DNA of 64,000 nucleotides, taken from Mobula birostris (Eukaryota). Location: the NCBI RefSeq assembly GCF_030028105.1, contig NC_092371.1, forward strand, positions 215,138,031-215,202,030, given 5' to 3'. Under the pieces are notes generated by a model, which was given only the letters and a program-made list of their open reading frames with translations, was not told the origin of the DNA and made no database searches. The position numbers and the translations under genes were made by a program. Numbering within the stretch: the first letter of the stretch is position 1; every line of letters begins with the position of its first letter. Of this stretch, positions 51,081 through 64,000 are shown in pieces.

Positions 51081-52110
51081 ATTTTATCATGTGTGGGTAT
51101 ATATGGGCCTTTCCCACGTTATAACAGGGCTCCATTCTTGAGAGCTGCTCGTAAACAGAACAGTTTGCAAGTCTCCACTATGCAATGATAGTTACCATCA
51201 AGTTTAGTGGTTTGATGAAAATACAAAATATTTAGAAATTGTTATTACTAGAAATACCCAGCCACATATTGTAGATGCTGAATGTGTTTCATCATTAGAT
51301 AACAAGGTAAAAACTATCAGGAACAAATAGATAACAGCTAATGATATTTTGAGGTCCTCCAAAAATTGTCCATGAGTTATCAATGACCAGGAACATGGAC
51401 AAGAAGTGAAACAAGCAAATTAATATATTGGCTACTTAATTTTAATTAAAATTTCCAAGTTTGCCATACCAATGAAATACATTTTTGCACATGTATTTGA
51501 ATAATTACAGGAAGTAATTTTGGAATCCATGAAATATTTTAGAAGAATGATGAGCCTACTAGATTTTCCTTTTAAAAAAAAATAATCTTGAACATTTAGA
51601 GAATTATGAAATAAAGTCTGTAAATTTCAATGAATTAGTTACTCATCTGAAATGCAGACAGACAAGAGATGTACGAAGGTGCTTCCAATTAATTTGATAG
51701 CATTGGTCTTGAGAGTTTCCAGTTTGTGAAGCATCTGTACTTGTGAAGTTTTGTATTAAGAGATGCCTTAGCATCACCAACCTCTCACATAATGAGAAGC
51801 AACAATAAAACTCTGATTTCTTAAATGAATCCCTCAGGAGTTCTGAAATAGTTTGTGGAGTATTTTTATTGGCTTCTATCATGTTTTCTATCAAGTCAGG
51901 GAAAACTATAACCTGTTGGCTATTTAACAAAATGTTGCATTATCTACTTAAAGAAACAGACTCGAAGAATTTATTGAACATCAGACACATAAAACGGTAA
52001 ATTGCAATAAAAATAGTTTTAATTTGAAACTGGTATTGTCAAGTCACCTAAGACTTGCAGTAACATGGCAGCATGCTCGTACACAGCAGCCTCTTGAGGG
52101 CAAGCCGAAG

Positions 52111-52170
52111 GTATGTGTTTATATGTATGTATGTGTGTGTGTGTGTGTGTATATGTATGTATATATATTA
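52111..52170. repeat. (TG)n/(TATG)n microsatellite in a LINE tail
   Basis: gtatgtgtttatatgtatgtatgtgtgtgtgtgtgtgtgtatatg. Confidence 0.8.
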
Positions 52171-54699
52171 TTTTTGCACCATTGTATATTTGTTTGCTAT
52201 CTTGAATGTGTTATGAGTGCCATGTGCTGTGCATGTTTGCACTTTTGCCCCAGGAATGCTATTTCGTTCGGCTGTATTCATGAATAGTTGAATGACAATT
52301 GAACTTGAACTTCCATTTCTAATGACCTCTCCTGACTGCTTTCAATGAACTATGCGCTTGTACTCATCAGTCCCTTTGTTCCTACACTCCCCGTGCCCCT
52401 CCATTCGCAGTGTAAGGCTTGTACTGGTCTAACTTTAAATGTAAACCGTTCGCTCTTCCTGCTTATGTTTGTCTGCCGCAACTGTGCAATATACTATCTG
52501 GGTGTGAAATTCCTAACTGAATTCTAGCTGAGACAAATCCAGAGCACGTGGGAGAAAACTGGGGAATTATTTTTTCCAATTATGAAGATATTTGTCAGTT
52601 TTTCAAAAGGAGATAAAACTCATTGGACTGGAATTGGTCTAGTAAAATGGAGTTAACTCAATGACGGACAATCTAAACTGCATACCCTAGAAATTTCTCA
52701 TGTAGTACAACATTCCTGTGTGGTTCAGGATAGAACTTTAACAATAAACTTGAATTTGAAGTACATCTTGGTGACACTGAAAGGGGTCTTGCCCGAGCAG
52801 ATCCCAAATCACGGAGTCTCTTGGTTAGGACTGGTTACAATTTGCTGCCTTTTTTGGTAAAACATGCTGCTTTCCGCAGGTGTCTCAGCTTCACTGGCTT
52901 GCACTTCTCGCCAACTGATGTATTATGACCCCACCCACCACATGAGGCTCGCAGCACCGATACCTGCTTCCACCACGTCCCACTCCACTGTGATGTGTGA
53001 TAGAGGAGCCTTTGTCTATCTTTCTGACAATGGCTCTACTCTGTAGTAGTGGAATGAGTGGATTCAAGGTCTTAGTGCAAATCAAACATGAACAGACTGC
53101 TCTATTGTACATGTGATAGAACTTTGCAACAAATGGCCCTTGAAGCAATGAGAAGCAAGAAGCACCTACCATGTGAAGTTTCTCTCCCCGTGTGGGGAAA
53201 AAAAATCCTAAACCTGTTTCCGTTCATCACAACACTGCTTCATGATGTATTGGATGTGCTGTCTAGAATCTGGGACTAAATACCAATTTAACCAATCACT
53301 AGAGCATTTGAACAGCTTACTTTTAATTTACATAAAAGACCTCCTGTCATGGAAAATTAGACATTTAGATCAGTGAATTGCTGATTTACCAAGATTCTTC
53401 ACAGCTGCCTGTCTCATTTTTTTTTCTCAATAAATCAAAGATCGCTGGTTTGTTTCTTCAAAACACTGTGCATAAAAATCAGGGTTGCAACTAACCGACA
53501 CCATTTTTAACTTAAACTCCACGAAAACATCATGGTCGCTAATTGTAATATTTAGTTAGCATTCTGACAATAAATTCTGATTTCAAGTTTCAGTGGTTGC
53601 TTCTAGATGTCAGCTAAATATAACATTTCTAATTTTATAAATCAGATTTCAAATTGGAGAAATAATTATTATTTTCTGAATCTGTTGTTACTCTGCTCTG
53701 TTCACTGTAGTTTTCACTGCCATTTCCAAATTTGTTGTCTGACCTCTTAAAAGTGCAACATGATGGCCAGAAATCTGCAATAAACAATGTCAAAGCAACC
53801 TGCACTCGTATCACAAATTTAATCCATCCTACTTAGAATATCAGTCTCAGGAGATGCTGTGACTGTGGAAGAGAAGCCAGGATAGTGCGTTGCCTCCCAG
53901 GTGCTAGGGTCAAGGATCTCTTTGAGTGGCTGAAGGAGATGAGTGAGTGGGGAGGAAATTATGACTTGGGTAGAAGAAGGGATGAGGCCTTGCAGTATGA
54001 ATATAGGGAGTGAGGTGAAAAATTAAGCAACTGGACCTCTGGAGTAGTGCTATGTGTAAACAAGGTCAGAAGTAGAAAGGCCAAATGAATTTGTGGCTAA
54101 GGAGCTGGTACAAAGGGCAGGGACTTGGGTTCTTGGATGACTGGGGATCTCTTCTGGGGAAGAGGCAAGCTGTACAAGAGGGCCAGGTTCTGCTTGAACC
54201 AGGGAGAGACAAATATCCTTGCAAGGAAATTTGCTAACGCTAGATTTAAACTAGATTGGCAGGGACCGAGCAGGAGCAAATCATGGGATAAAGCAGCAGC
54301 CAATGAGGGCATGTTGAGTAATTGGAATAGTAAAGGACACAGGAAAGGGATACTCGGTTAAACTGTACTTACTTTAATGAACAGTGTTTAGCAGCTAAGG
54401 TGGACTGGGATGCTACAACCCTGACCCAGTGAAGGGCGGGACAGGCAGGATACAGCTGCTTCATGTTAACTTCCCTGGTATTGACTGGGTGGAATTTATG
54501 AAATGTGGCCAGGAAAGTTTCCGGATTCAATATATAGAGAGTCCTACTCAGGAGGGTATGAGAGTGACCTTCTTTTAGAGAATGAGGCAGGACAAGTAAC
54601 TGAAGGTGCAGACACCATGCACTTTGGCTCTGACGGCTATAATTCTATTAGTTTTTACATTGAATTAAATTGACTTTATTACTTACATCTTCCATATAT

Positions 54700-55850
54700 G
54701 TGAGGAGTCCCGCAGAGACTAGTGGAGGAACTGTCTCTGCTTGCCCTTAACACTACCATGTGTTGGTGGATTCTGGATTTCTTGACAGAGAGACCACAGT
54801 CAGTCCGTGTTGGCAGGAACCTCTCTGACTCCATCACACTGAGTACTGGATCCCCACAAGGCTGTGTGCTCAGCCCATTGCTGTTTACACTGCTAACACA
54901 TGACTGTGCAGCCAGATTCAAGGAGAACCTGATCATTAAATTTGCTGATGATACCACAGTTGTGGGGCTCATCAGCAAAAATGATGAAACAATGTACAGG
55001 GAGGAGGTCAAACACCTAGAGAACTGGTGCAGTGATAACAACTTGATGCTTAATGTCACCAAAACCAAGGAGATGATCGTCGATTTCTGACGGTCTCAGC
55101 CTGAGCACACACCCCTCAGCATCAGTGGCTCCACAGTGGAGAGAGTGGAAAACATCAAGTTCCTTGGGGTGCAGATCTCGGACAATCTCACCTGGTCCAG
55201 GAACACCACTGGGGTTGTGAAACGGGCCCAGCAGAGATTGCACTTTCTGAGGTAGTTTAAACAAGCATCACTCCCCACTAACATCTTAACTACATTCTAC
55301 AGAGGCATGGTTGAGAGTGTGCTGACCTTTTGCATCACAACCTGGTACTCCAGCTGCAGTGCTGTCGACAAAAAAGCCTTGCAGAGGGTGGTTAGGGGAG
55401 CAGAGAAGGTTATTGGGGTCTCCCTACCTTCTGTCCAAGACCTCTTTCAGAGTCGATGCCTCCAGAAGACACGGTACATCATTAAAGACCCCTCACACCC
55501 TCTCCATGAACTGTTTGTGCTTCTGCCATCAGGCAAACATTACAGGAGCATCAAAACTAAAACCACAAGGCTACTAGATAGTTTCCTCCCACAGGCAGTC
55601 AGACTGCTAAATAGCTGCTCTACCTGACTCTGCTTTGGACACTTTTAACTTGCACTGGACACTTATAACTTGATTTTAACTGACGTGGCTGTTGTGTTTT
55701 ACTACTTATTGTTATGTTTATTATTTAGTGTTACGTTTGTTATGTTATGATTGCACTGCTCCTGGGAAACGCTGTCTCATTCTGCCCTGCAGAGCTGATG
55801 TATGGTTAGAATGACAATAAAGTTTTTTGAATTTGAATTGAATTTGAGTA
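54700..55850 (+). mobile_element. Rex1/Babar-type LINE 3' part
   Basis: [58 protein letters not shown]; (TTGAA)n tail. Confidence 0.92.
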
Positions 55851-56866
55851 AAAATCTTTACACTATGTCTCCCTCTAAATGTGCAATTTATAGTAATTTA
55901 TAAAAAATAGTATGTACAACAGGACAGCCAATATAACATAGAAATACAATTGTATCAGCATGAATTCATCAGTCTGATGGCCTGGTGGAAGAAGCTGTCC
56001 CAGAGCCTGTTGGTCCTGGCTTTTATGCTGAGGTACCATTTCCTGGATGGTCGCAGCTGGAAAAGTTTGTGGTTGGGGTGACTCGTGTCCCCAATGATCC
56101 TTTGGGCCCTTTTTACATACCTGTCTTTGTAAATGTCCTGAATAGTGGGAAGTTCACATCTACAGATGCGCTGGACTGTCCGCACCACTCTCTGCAGAAT
56201 CTAGTTCCCATACCAGGCAGTGATGCGGCCAGTCAGGCTGCTCTCAATTGTGCCCCTATAGAAAGGTCTTAGGATTTGGGGGCCCAAATTCTTCAACAGT
56301 CTGAGGTGAAAGAGGCGCTGTTGTGCCTTCTTCATTACACAGCCGGTATGTACGGACCACGTGAGATCTTCGGTGATGTTCTTGCCAAGGAACTTAAAGC
56401 TGTTCACTCTCTCAACCCCAGATCCATTGATGTCAATAGGGGTTAGCCTGTCTCCATTCCTCCTGTAGTCCACAACCAGCTCCTTTGTGTTTGCAACATT
56501 GAGGGAGAAGTTGTTTTCTTGACATCCCTGTGTCAGGGTGATGACTACTTCTCTAAAGGCTGCCTCATTATTATTTGAGATTAGGCCAATCAGTGTAGTG
56601 TCATCAGCAAATTTAATTAGCAGATTGGAGCTGTGGGTTATGATACAGTGATGGGTATACAGAGAGTAAAGGAGGGGGCTTAGATCACAGCCCTGAGGGG
56701 CACCTGTGTTGAGGGACAGAGGTAAGGGAGCCCACTCTTACCACCTGCTGGTGATCTGACAGGAAGTCCAGGATCCAGCTACACAAAGCAGGTGAAGGCC
56801 AAGGTTTCTGAGTTTCTTGTCAAGCCTGAGGGGAATTAGGGTGTTGAATGCTGAACTGTAGTCCAA

Positions 56867-58092
56867 TAAATATTCAGCAAGGCTTACTGAGAAAGTAAGG
56901 AGGCATGGGATCCAAGGAGACATTGCTTTGTGCATCCAGAACTGACTTGCCCACAGAAGGCAAAGAGTGGTTGTAGAAGGGCCATATTCTGCATGGAGGT
57001 TGGTCACCAGTGATGTGCCTCAGGGATCTGTTCTGGGATCCCTGCTCTTTGTGATTTTCTATAAATGACCTGGGTGAAGAAGTGGAGGGATAGGTTAGCA
57101 AATTTGCTGAAGACGCAAAGGTTGGAGGTATTGTGGATAGTGTGGAGGGCTGTCAGAGGTTACAGTGGGACATTAGTAGGATGCAAAACTGGGCTGATAA
57201 GTGGCAGATGGAGTTCAACCCAGATGAGTGAGAGGTGATTCATTTTGGTAGGTCAAATATGATGGCAGAATATAGTATTAATGGTAAGACTCTTGGTGGT
57301 GTGGAAGATCAGAGGGATCTTGGGGTCTGAGTCCTTAGGACACTCAAAGCTGCTACGCAGATTGACTCCATGGTTAAGATAGCATACGGTTCATTAGCCT
57401 TCATCAATCATGGGATTGAGTTTAGGAGCCGAGAGGTAATGTTGCAGCTATATAGGACCCTGGTCAGACCCCTCTTGGAGTACTGTGCTCAGTTCTGGTT
57501 GCCTCACTATAGGAAGGATGTGGAAGCCATAGAAAGGGTGCAGAGGAGGTTTACAAGGACGTTGCCTGGATTGGGGAGCATGTGTTATGAGAATAGGTTG
57601 AATGAACTTGGCCTTTTTTGCTTGGAGCGACGGAGGATGAGAGGTGACCTGATAGAGGTGTATAAGATGATGAGAGGCATTGATCATGTGGATAGTCAAA
57701 GGTTTTTTCCCTGGGCTGGAATGGCTAGCACAAGAGGGCACAGTTTTAAGGTGCTTGGAAGCAAGTACAGAGGGGATGTCAGGGGTAACACTCACAACAC
57801 GCTGGAGGAACGCAGCAGGTCGGGCAGCATCCGTGGAAATGATCAGTCATTTCGGGCCAGAACCCTTCGTCAGGACACAGAGACGTCAGGGGTAAGTTTT
57901 TTACTCAGAGAGCCGGTGACGGTGGTGGAGGCGGATACGATAGGGTCTTTTAAGAGACTCCTGGACAGGTACATGGAGCTTAGAAAAATAGATGGCTATG
58001 GGTAAGCCTAGGTAGTTCTAAGGTAAGGACATGTTCGGCACAGCTTTGTGGGCTGAAGGGCTTGTATTGTGCTGTAGATTTTCTCTGTTTCT
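56867..58092 (+). mobile_element. CR1 LINE (RT and 3' end)
   Basis: VPQGSVLG, KFAEDAKVGG, LVRPLLEYCAQFW. Confidence 0.92.
57789..57884 (-). mobile_element. 96-bp PLE-terminus insertion with an HHR core
   Basis: TSD gtcaggggtaa at 57778-57788 and 57885-57895. Minus strand gtcCTGACGAagggttctggcccGAAAtgactg. Confidence 0.85.
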
Positions 58093-58265
58093 GACAGCAT
58101 TTTCATATAAGCATCCTTCTTCTCCAGATGTGTGAGAATGGTGTGGCTATTGCATTGTCAGTCGATCAGTTGTGTCGATAGGTGAATTGTAGTGGGTCCA
58201 GTGTGGGTGGCAGCATGCTTCAGATGTAGTCCTTGACCAGCCTCTGAAAGCATTTGCTTATTATT

Positions 58266-59047
58266 TTTTTTTTTTGGTAATATAATTTTTATTGAATTTT
58301 CAAAAGGAATACATGAAAAAATAGAATCTACCCTCCCCCCTCTCCTTAACCCTCCCCCCCCATATAAAGTCCTACCTAAAAAGAAAGAAAGGAAGAAAAG
58401 AGCCGCCTGGGTATTGGAAGGTTTCCACATGCTCCATGGGATTCAAAATAAATTTGGTATAATTATTCGTTACTTTCCCCAAGTGACCAAAGTCTTTATC
58501 GGAGCACTTAAATATGCCATCCTATCTTTTGTAAATAAGGGCGCCAAATATTCAAAAATGTTACATATTTGTCTCTTAAATTATAAGTAATTTTTTCGAG
58601 TGGAATAGAACTAGCCATTTCATTATTCCAACGATCCATACTTAAATATGAATCAGATTTCCAAGTAACTGCTATAGTCTTCTTAGCTACTGCCAATGCA
58701 ATTTTTATAAATTCTTTCTGATATTTATTCAATTTAAGTTTCGGTTTTATCCCTTCAATATCACCTAATAGAAATAATACAGGGTTATGTAGAAGTTGAG
58801 TTCCAGTAATTTGTTCCAATAAGATTCTTAAATTTATCCAAAAGGGTTGAATTTTAAAACAAGACCAAGTAGAATGTAAAAAAGTACCAATTTCTTGATT
58901 ACACCGAAAACATTTATCAGATAGATTTGAATTTAATCTATTTATTTTTTGCGGTGTAATATATAATTGGTGTAAAAAATTATATTGTACTAATCTAAGT
59001 CGAACATTTATTGTATTTGTCATACTGTCAAGACAAAGTCTTGACGT
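58266..59047 (-). mobile_element. 5'-truncated LINE-1 with an open ORF2 C-terminus (zf-RVT), 3'UTR and poly(A)
   Basis: [44 protein letters not shown] plus an A-tail at 58266-58293. TSD tttgcttattatt at 58253-58265 and 59048-59060. Confidence 0.9.
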
Positions 59048-59702
59048 TTTGCTTATTATTGAAGTGAATGCGACAGGACGCCAGTCGTTCAGACATGTTA
59101 CCTTGGTCTTTTTAGGTACAGGAACAAAGGTGGATGTTTTGAAGCAGGAGGGCACTTTACACTGGGAGAGGGAGAGGTTAAAGATATATGTAAACACACC
59201 TGCTAGTTGTGCCGCACATACTCTCTGGGATGCCGTCCGGTCCCACAGCCTTGCGACTGTCCACTTGCTGGAAACACCTGCGTACATAGTGATTGAAAAG
59301 GATAGGACATGTCCACAGGTTAGGTTTCTACACTGGAGCTGAGTTTGTTTTGGGGAAATTAGGAGGGTCCAACAGATGTCAATTGGGCAGACCTGACTGA
59401 AGGCTTTTAAGGGTATGATATCAAGATTCCAGCAGCAGCATGTTCCTGTAAGAGTGAAGGGTAAACCTGGCAAGTTTAGAGAACCTTAGCTGATGAGAGA
59501 TATTGATGTTCTGGTAAAGAAATAGAAGGAAGCATACATTGGGCTTATAAGATTGGAGATGACTATAAGATGATGAATACCCTTAGGAGGGAAATTAGGA
59601 GGGCAAAGAAAGGGTATGAGATGGATGTGGCAGGTAAGGCTAAGGAAAATCCCAAAAGGTTCTATAGTTGTAGGGTTAAAGGGTGCCTAGGGAAAGAGTG
59701 AA

Positions 59703-60846
59703 CAGGGGTCCCCAACCACCGGGCCGCGAGGAAGCGATATGATTTGGCGATAGGAGGCAGCTGCACCTTTCCTCATTCCCTGTCACGCACTATTGAACCA
59801 TTAACGTATGCGAGGTCATTACCTGCGTGTCATCCATGTCAGCGCGGGAAGAAGATCTTGTAAATGACGGCGGGCTGAAAAGTATGTTTGACATAACTTC
59901 TCTGCCGGCATTCTGGATCAAAGTCAAGGCTGAATATCCTGAGATAGCCACGAAAGCACTGAAAACATTGCTTCCATTTCCAACATATCTCTGCAATGAA
60001 TGCAACAAAAACTAAATTGCGGAATAGACTGGACATAAGGAACCCCCTTCGAGTATCGCTGTCTCCCATCACCCCTCGATGTTGCAGGGAAACAAGCCCA
60101 GGGCTCCCACCGATTCAGCGATATTGGTGTGTTGCAATGATTTTATATGTTCATACGGGGAAAATATGTGCTGTGTGTTTAATATCCAAACATTACTTAA
60201 AATGTTATGATGCTATTGACTTATATAATCATATAACAATTACAGCACGGAAACAGGCCATCTCTGCCCTTCTAGTCTGTGCCGAACGCTACTCACACCT
60301 CGTCCCACCGACCTGCACTCAGCCCATAACCCTCCATTCCTTTCCTGTCCATATACCTATCCAATTTTTCTTTTAAATGATAATATCAAACCTGCCTCTA
60401 CCACTTCTACTGGAAGTTCGTTCAACACTTCCCTGATAACTCAAATTTCAAACTCCCCTGATAATTGACTTATCACTATATTCATGCGAGGAAAATATGC
60501 GCTGTGTGTTTAATATTAAATTCGTCAGATAAACACTTTTAGAAACGAAATTGAGTGTATTAGCCATTTATCACCTATATTCTGGTCATGATTACCCCCT
60601 CGACCCGAACAGAGTCGCCAAAAGTGAATTGTAGAAAAAAATCAGCAGGTAAACGCAAACGCAAATTACGCCTGCGCACTGGTGCCCGCGCATGGTTTCT
60701 TGGTCATTGTAGTCATTCTCGGGGTAAACCCAACGTATTTGACTACTCTTGGCCGTTGGCGACCGTCCCCCCCGCCCCCACGTCCGCAAGAATATTGTCA
60801 ATAAGAAACCGGTCCGCCTTGCAAAAAAAAGGGTTGGGGACCCCTG
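59703..60846 (+). mobile_element. Non-autonomous hAT (Charlie/Buster-like) DNA transposon with an internal CR1 tail (about 60222-60425, minus strand)
   Basis: Perfect 15-bp TIRs CAGGGGTCCCCAACC / GGTTGGGGACCCCTG. Transposase dimerisation-domain remnant FWIKVKAEYPEIATKALKTLLPFPTYLC...TKTKLRNRLD. Confidence 0.9.
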
Positions 60847-63164
60847 CTCGTAAAGATCAGTAGGGCTGTCTATTCTTGAGCCAAAGGCCATGGGTGGGAT
60901 TTTTCAAAAATATTAATTCTGTTTTTTTTTACTGAGGAAGAGATAAGGGAAACAAGTGGAATTATTTTGGATAACATTCATTTTACTCAGTGGGAGGCAT
61001 TTGCAGTCTTGCAGTGTATTAGATAGATAAATATCTAGGACTGACTGACTGCGTCCTCAGACTTTGTGGGAGGCTAAGGGAGACAATTCTGGATGCTCTT
61101 GTCGAGATACTGCTTCATCATTAGCTATGGGTGAAGTTCCCTAAGACTGGAAGGTGGCTAAATTATTATCTAGTTTAAGAAGGGTAGCAAGGACAAGCTG
61201 AGGAACTACAGACTGGTCAGCCTGATATTTGTAGTGGAGAAGTTACTGGGGGGAATTCTGAGGAACAGGAAAACTACCAGCATTTACATAGACAGAAGCA
61301 GAAGGTACTGGTCGAAAGCTGTTTCTCAGAAAGGAGGCTGGTGAGTAGTGGTGTGCTGCAGAGGTCAGTGTTGGGATCTTTGTTATTATTTATTTATAGA
61401 AATGATTTAGTTAAAAATGTATAAGGCTTGATCAGTAATTTTGTGGATGACAGAAAATTAAGAGATGTTGATAGTGAAGAAGTTTATCATTGGTTACAGG
61501 GGATCAAAGAGAGGAAAATGGGTTTCAATACAGTTACATACGAGGTGATGAACTTTATACAGTTCAGCCAGTGTAGGACTTGTACAATAGATAGCAAGGC
61601 ACGGGGAAGTGTAATGAAACAGAGGAGCCAAGGAATCCAAGTGCATAGTTCTTGAAACAGCATCACAGGTAGACAAGGTGGTGAATAAGGCACTTAGCAT
61701 GCTGGCCTTAATCAGAGTACTGAGTGTTGTAGCTGGGACAGTACATTCAGATAGACAGTATAACTCATTGGTGAGGCTGCACAGGGTACTGCATGCAGTT
61801 TTGGTCACTCCTTTCTAGGGAAAAAGTGATTAAACTGGAAACGGTGCAGAGAAAATTTATGAGAATGTTGCCAGGACTAGAGGGTCTGAGTTATAGGGAG
61901 AGGTTGGCCAGGCTAGGTGTTTATACCTTGAAGAATGAGGGATGACCTTAATAAAGATGTTTCAAACTATGAGAGGCATAGATGAAGTGGATGGTAGCTG
62001 TCTTTTCCCCAAGGTAGGGGAGTCCAAAACTAGGAGATACAGATTTAGGGTGATAAGGGAAAGATTTAGAAGGGACCATTGGGGCAACATTTTCACACAG
62101 AGGGTGGTGAGTATATGGAATGAGCTACCAGCGGAAGTTGTTGAGGCAGTTATTGTAGTATCACTTAAGAAGCAATTGGTAGGTACATGAAGGGCATGCT
62201 CAGAGATAAGCAATTGAGTGATTCAAAGTGAGCAATAAAAGAGTCAATTTTAATCCTTAAAATTTATTCCTGTGATACCTATTACATCATAAACAATTTT
62301 TTTTCTCTATTTAAATGACGTGCAACAGCTAGGCCATTCTTCAAGGCTTGCTGATGTGAAAAAATGGGAAATTAAATGCACCAGATTGTCAGTCACAATG
62401 AATTAAAATACGGAATAACAGCTTTGAATATCTGCCATGTTCCATTTTCTTGTGGGGTTTGTGCCATTTTGCCTTTGTGAAATTGAGCAACTCACAAAGT
62501 AAATCAAAAAACAGTGAACCAAGCCTACAACTTAAAAGTCTATTAAGTTAAAGGAGAAGACTCAGGGAGAAGGAAGGGTATCTAACTGTATCTTTTTTTA
62601 CTCCCTATTTCAGGATTCCAAGGTCACAATGAATTTTTCACTATAGTTGCTGTTTTCTGACATCAATTAGTTGTGGAGATTTACAGCAGTGTGGAAGATA
62701 ATTTTTATAAGATTTTGGAAGAGCTATCAGAGGGTGGAGGTTGTTGTACATTCTGAAAGTTGGCATTGTTTTCCCATCATTTGTTTTTGTAAATTTTATG
62801 ATTTAAAGTTAATGATTAAAGATTGATTACTTCTAATATCAAAATTACAGCCGAGGTTGACATTAATTAAAAAAATGTCAGTGGAGAAAATGCACTTCAT
62901 ATCTTTGATGTTGTCCTGAACTTGTAGTTATGTTAGAGACAAACTATTGACCATTGGTGAAAGTACCTGCAGAATCTCTTGTGTTGGTTTAAGTATATGT
63001 TTCTGGTTCTACCTTTCAACTACTAGCTTTCATTCCAAACACCACAACCCTTTCATACTGTTATACATTAGCAATCAATCCTGTTTCTTCTCAAGTCATT
63101 GTATCATTTTTTAATGCATGTATGCATTTCTAAATGACAATAAAATAGGACTGTGTCCTGATGT

Positions 63165-63275
63165 GAAACACTAGCTTTTGCTCTTCTTTCTACGGTGGCT
63201 GCTTGACCCACTGAATTTTTCCGGAGGTCTGTATTTTGTTTGGATTCCAGCATCTACTGTCTGTTTTTCCTTCAT
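63165..63275 (+). mobile_element. Decayed PLE tail
   Basis: ggctgcttgacccactgaattt...ggattccagcatctactg. Confidence 0.45.
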
Positions 63276-64000
63276 TCACCATGTGGAACTCATGACCATG
63301 TCTCACCAAACAGGGATTTTATTTTCTTGAGGCATCTAATTATCTCTCACTATCATAGTAACTGCCAGCTCTTCTGCCCACCTTGAGGCCTTGGATAAAT
63401 ATCTTGAGGTGGATGTATTGTTTCTTATTCCACTTCAAACATCTGACCATTTCCCATCCAATTATCCTCTGAGACCTTGAATCTTAGTAAAGCAAATTAC
63501 TTGCAGACTCATCACCGCAGCTTAGTGAAACTGACTATAGTCCCTTACCTAGTGTGAAGCTAGGTTAATTTGTCCTGGAAGTTCACTCCTTCAGTTATAT
63601 TGTTATCAATCTCCTTGCTAATATCTACTTTAACTTTCTCAGAGAGCATCACGAACCATTAAGCATCCTTGTATGTGGCAACCTCCAAATGTTGACTCAA
63701 ACTGCAAACACTGTCCATTCTTCTATTCTGGGATAGTTGATTTTAACCTCTATGTCCACTATATTGGATATAGAAAAAAGCATGAGATTATTGAGAGGTA
63801 GCCGTGCATTAATTAATGTGATGATCAATTCAAACTTTGTTTAAAAAAAGAATTTGATCCACTAGGCATTGCATGGAAAGGATATTTTTGCATCTGATAT
63901 GAATAGAACTGACTTAGCTTTTCTTGAGCAACATAAATGTAAGCGCTGTTTTAAATATAAATCTTTTTAAGGGAACTTACTTTTCCATGGTAATTTAATA

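Larger units (their letters stand above)
55860..59290 (-). mobile_element. Rex1/Babar-type LINE split by CR1 (56867-58092) and L1 (58266-59047)
   Basis: [59 protein letters not shown] are colinear once the inserts are removed. Confidence 0.88.
53850..62210 (+). mobile_element. Old, long CR1 broken into pieces (about 53850-54660, 59290-59702, 60847-62210) by nested insertions
   Basis: ORF1-like CLPGARVKD at about 53890, then APE/RT remnants, DWKVA and IFTQRVVSIWNELP in colinear order. Confidence 0.7.

Noticed and set aside
52860-53070. Exon-like unique segment with splice-like sites on both strands (possible BLK 5' exon)
   Set aside because: No frame resembles BLK or any protein I recognise. 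No SH3/SH2/kinase exons were seen in the window.
58508-59473. 321-aa ORF as a novel gene
   Set aside because: Chance in-frame chimera of antisense CR1 sequence, a Rex1 RT fragment and an L1 C-terminus. It has a non-ATG start and the junction coincides with the L1 TSD.

Overview
Vertebrate genomic DNA, not prokaryotic. The repeat families (V-SINE/HE1-like SINEs, abundant CR1, Penelope-derived fold-backs) suggest a cartilaginous fish, probably a ray; this is an inference. Two protein-coding genes are supportable, both on the minus strand. FAM167A has two coding exons (6175-5807 and 3523-3260, 210 aa) and a probable non-coding first exon near 11.8-12.1 kb. MPG/AAG alkyladenine DNA glycosylase (33627-32827, 266 aa) is complete, catalytically intact and intronless, lies in a CpG island, and has none of its usual RHBDF1/NPRL3/alpha-globin neighbours in the window. 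A second CpG island at about 41.1-42.5 kb carries two exon-like segments and YY1-type motifs. The rest is dense, often nested transposon sequence: CR1, Rex1/Babar-type LINEs, L1 and Tx1 fragments, an R4/Dong-type RLE retroelement, hAT elements and many Penelope-like (PLE) insertions. The PLE insertions are mostly palindromic (fold-back), several have 11-15 bp target-site duplications (TSDs), and they carry minimal type-I hammerhead ribozyme (HHR) motifs. The most notable items are the intronless, apparently relocated MPG and the HHR-bearing fold-back PLE series, which ranges from 1.65 kb down to about 0.1 kb. TE boundaries are approximate unless a TSD is quoted.
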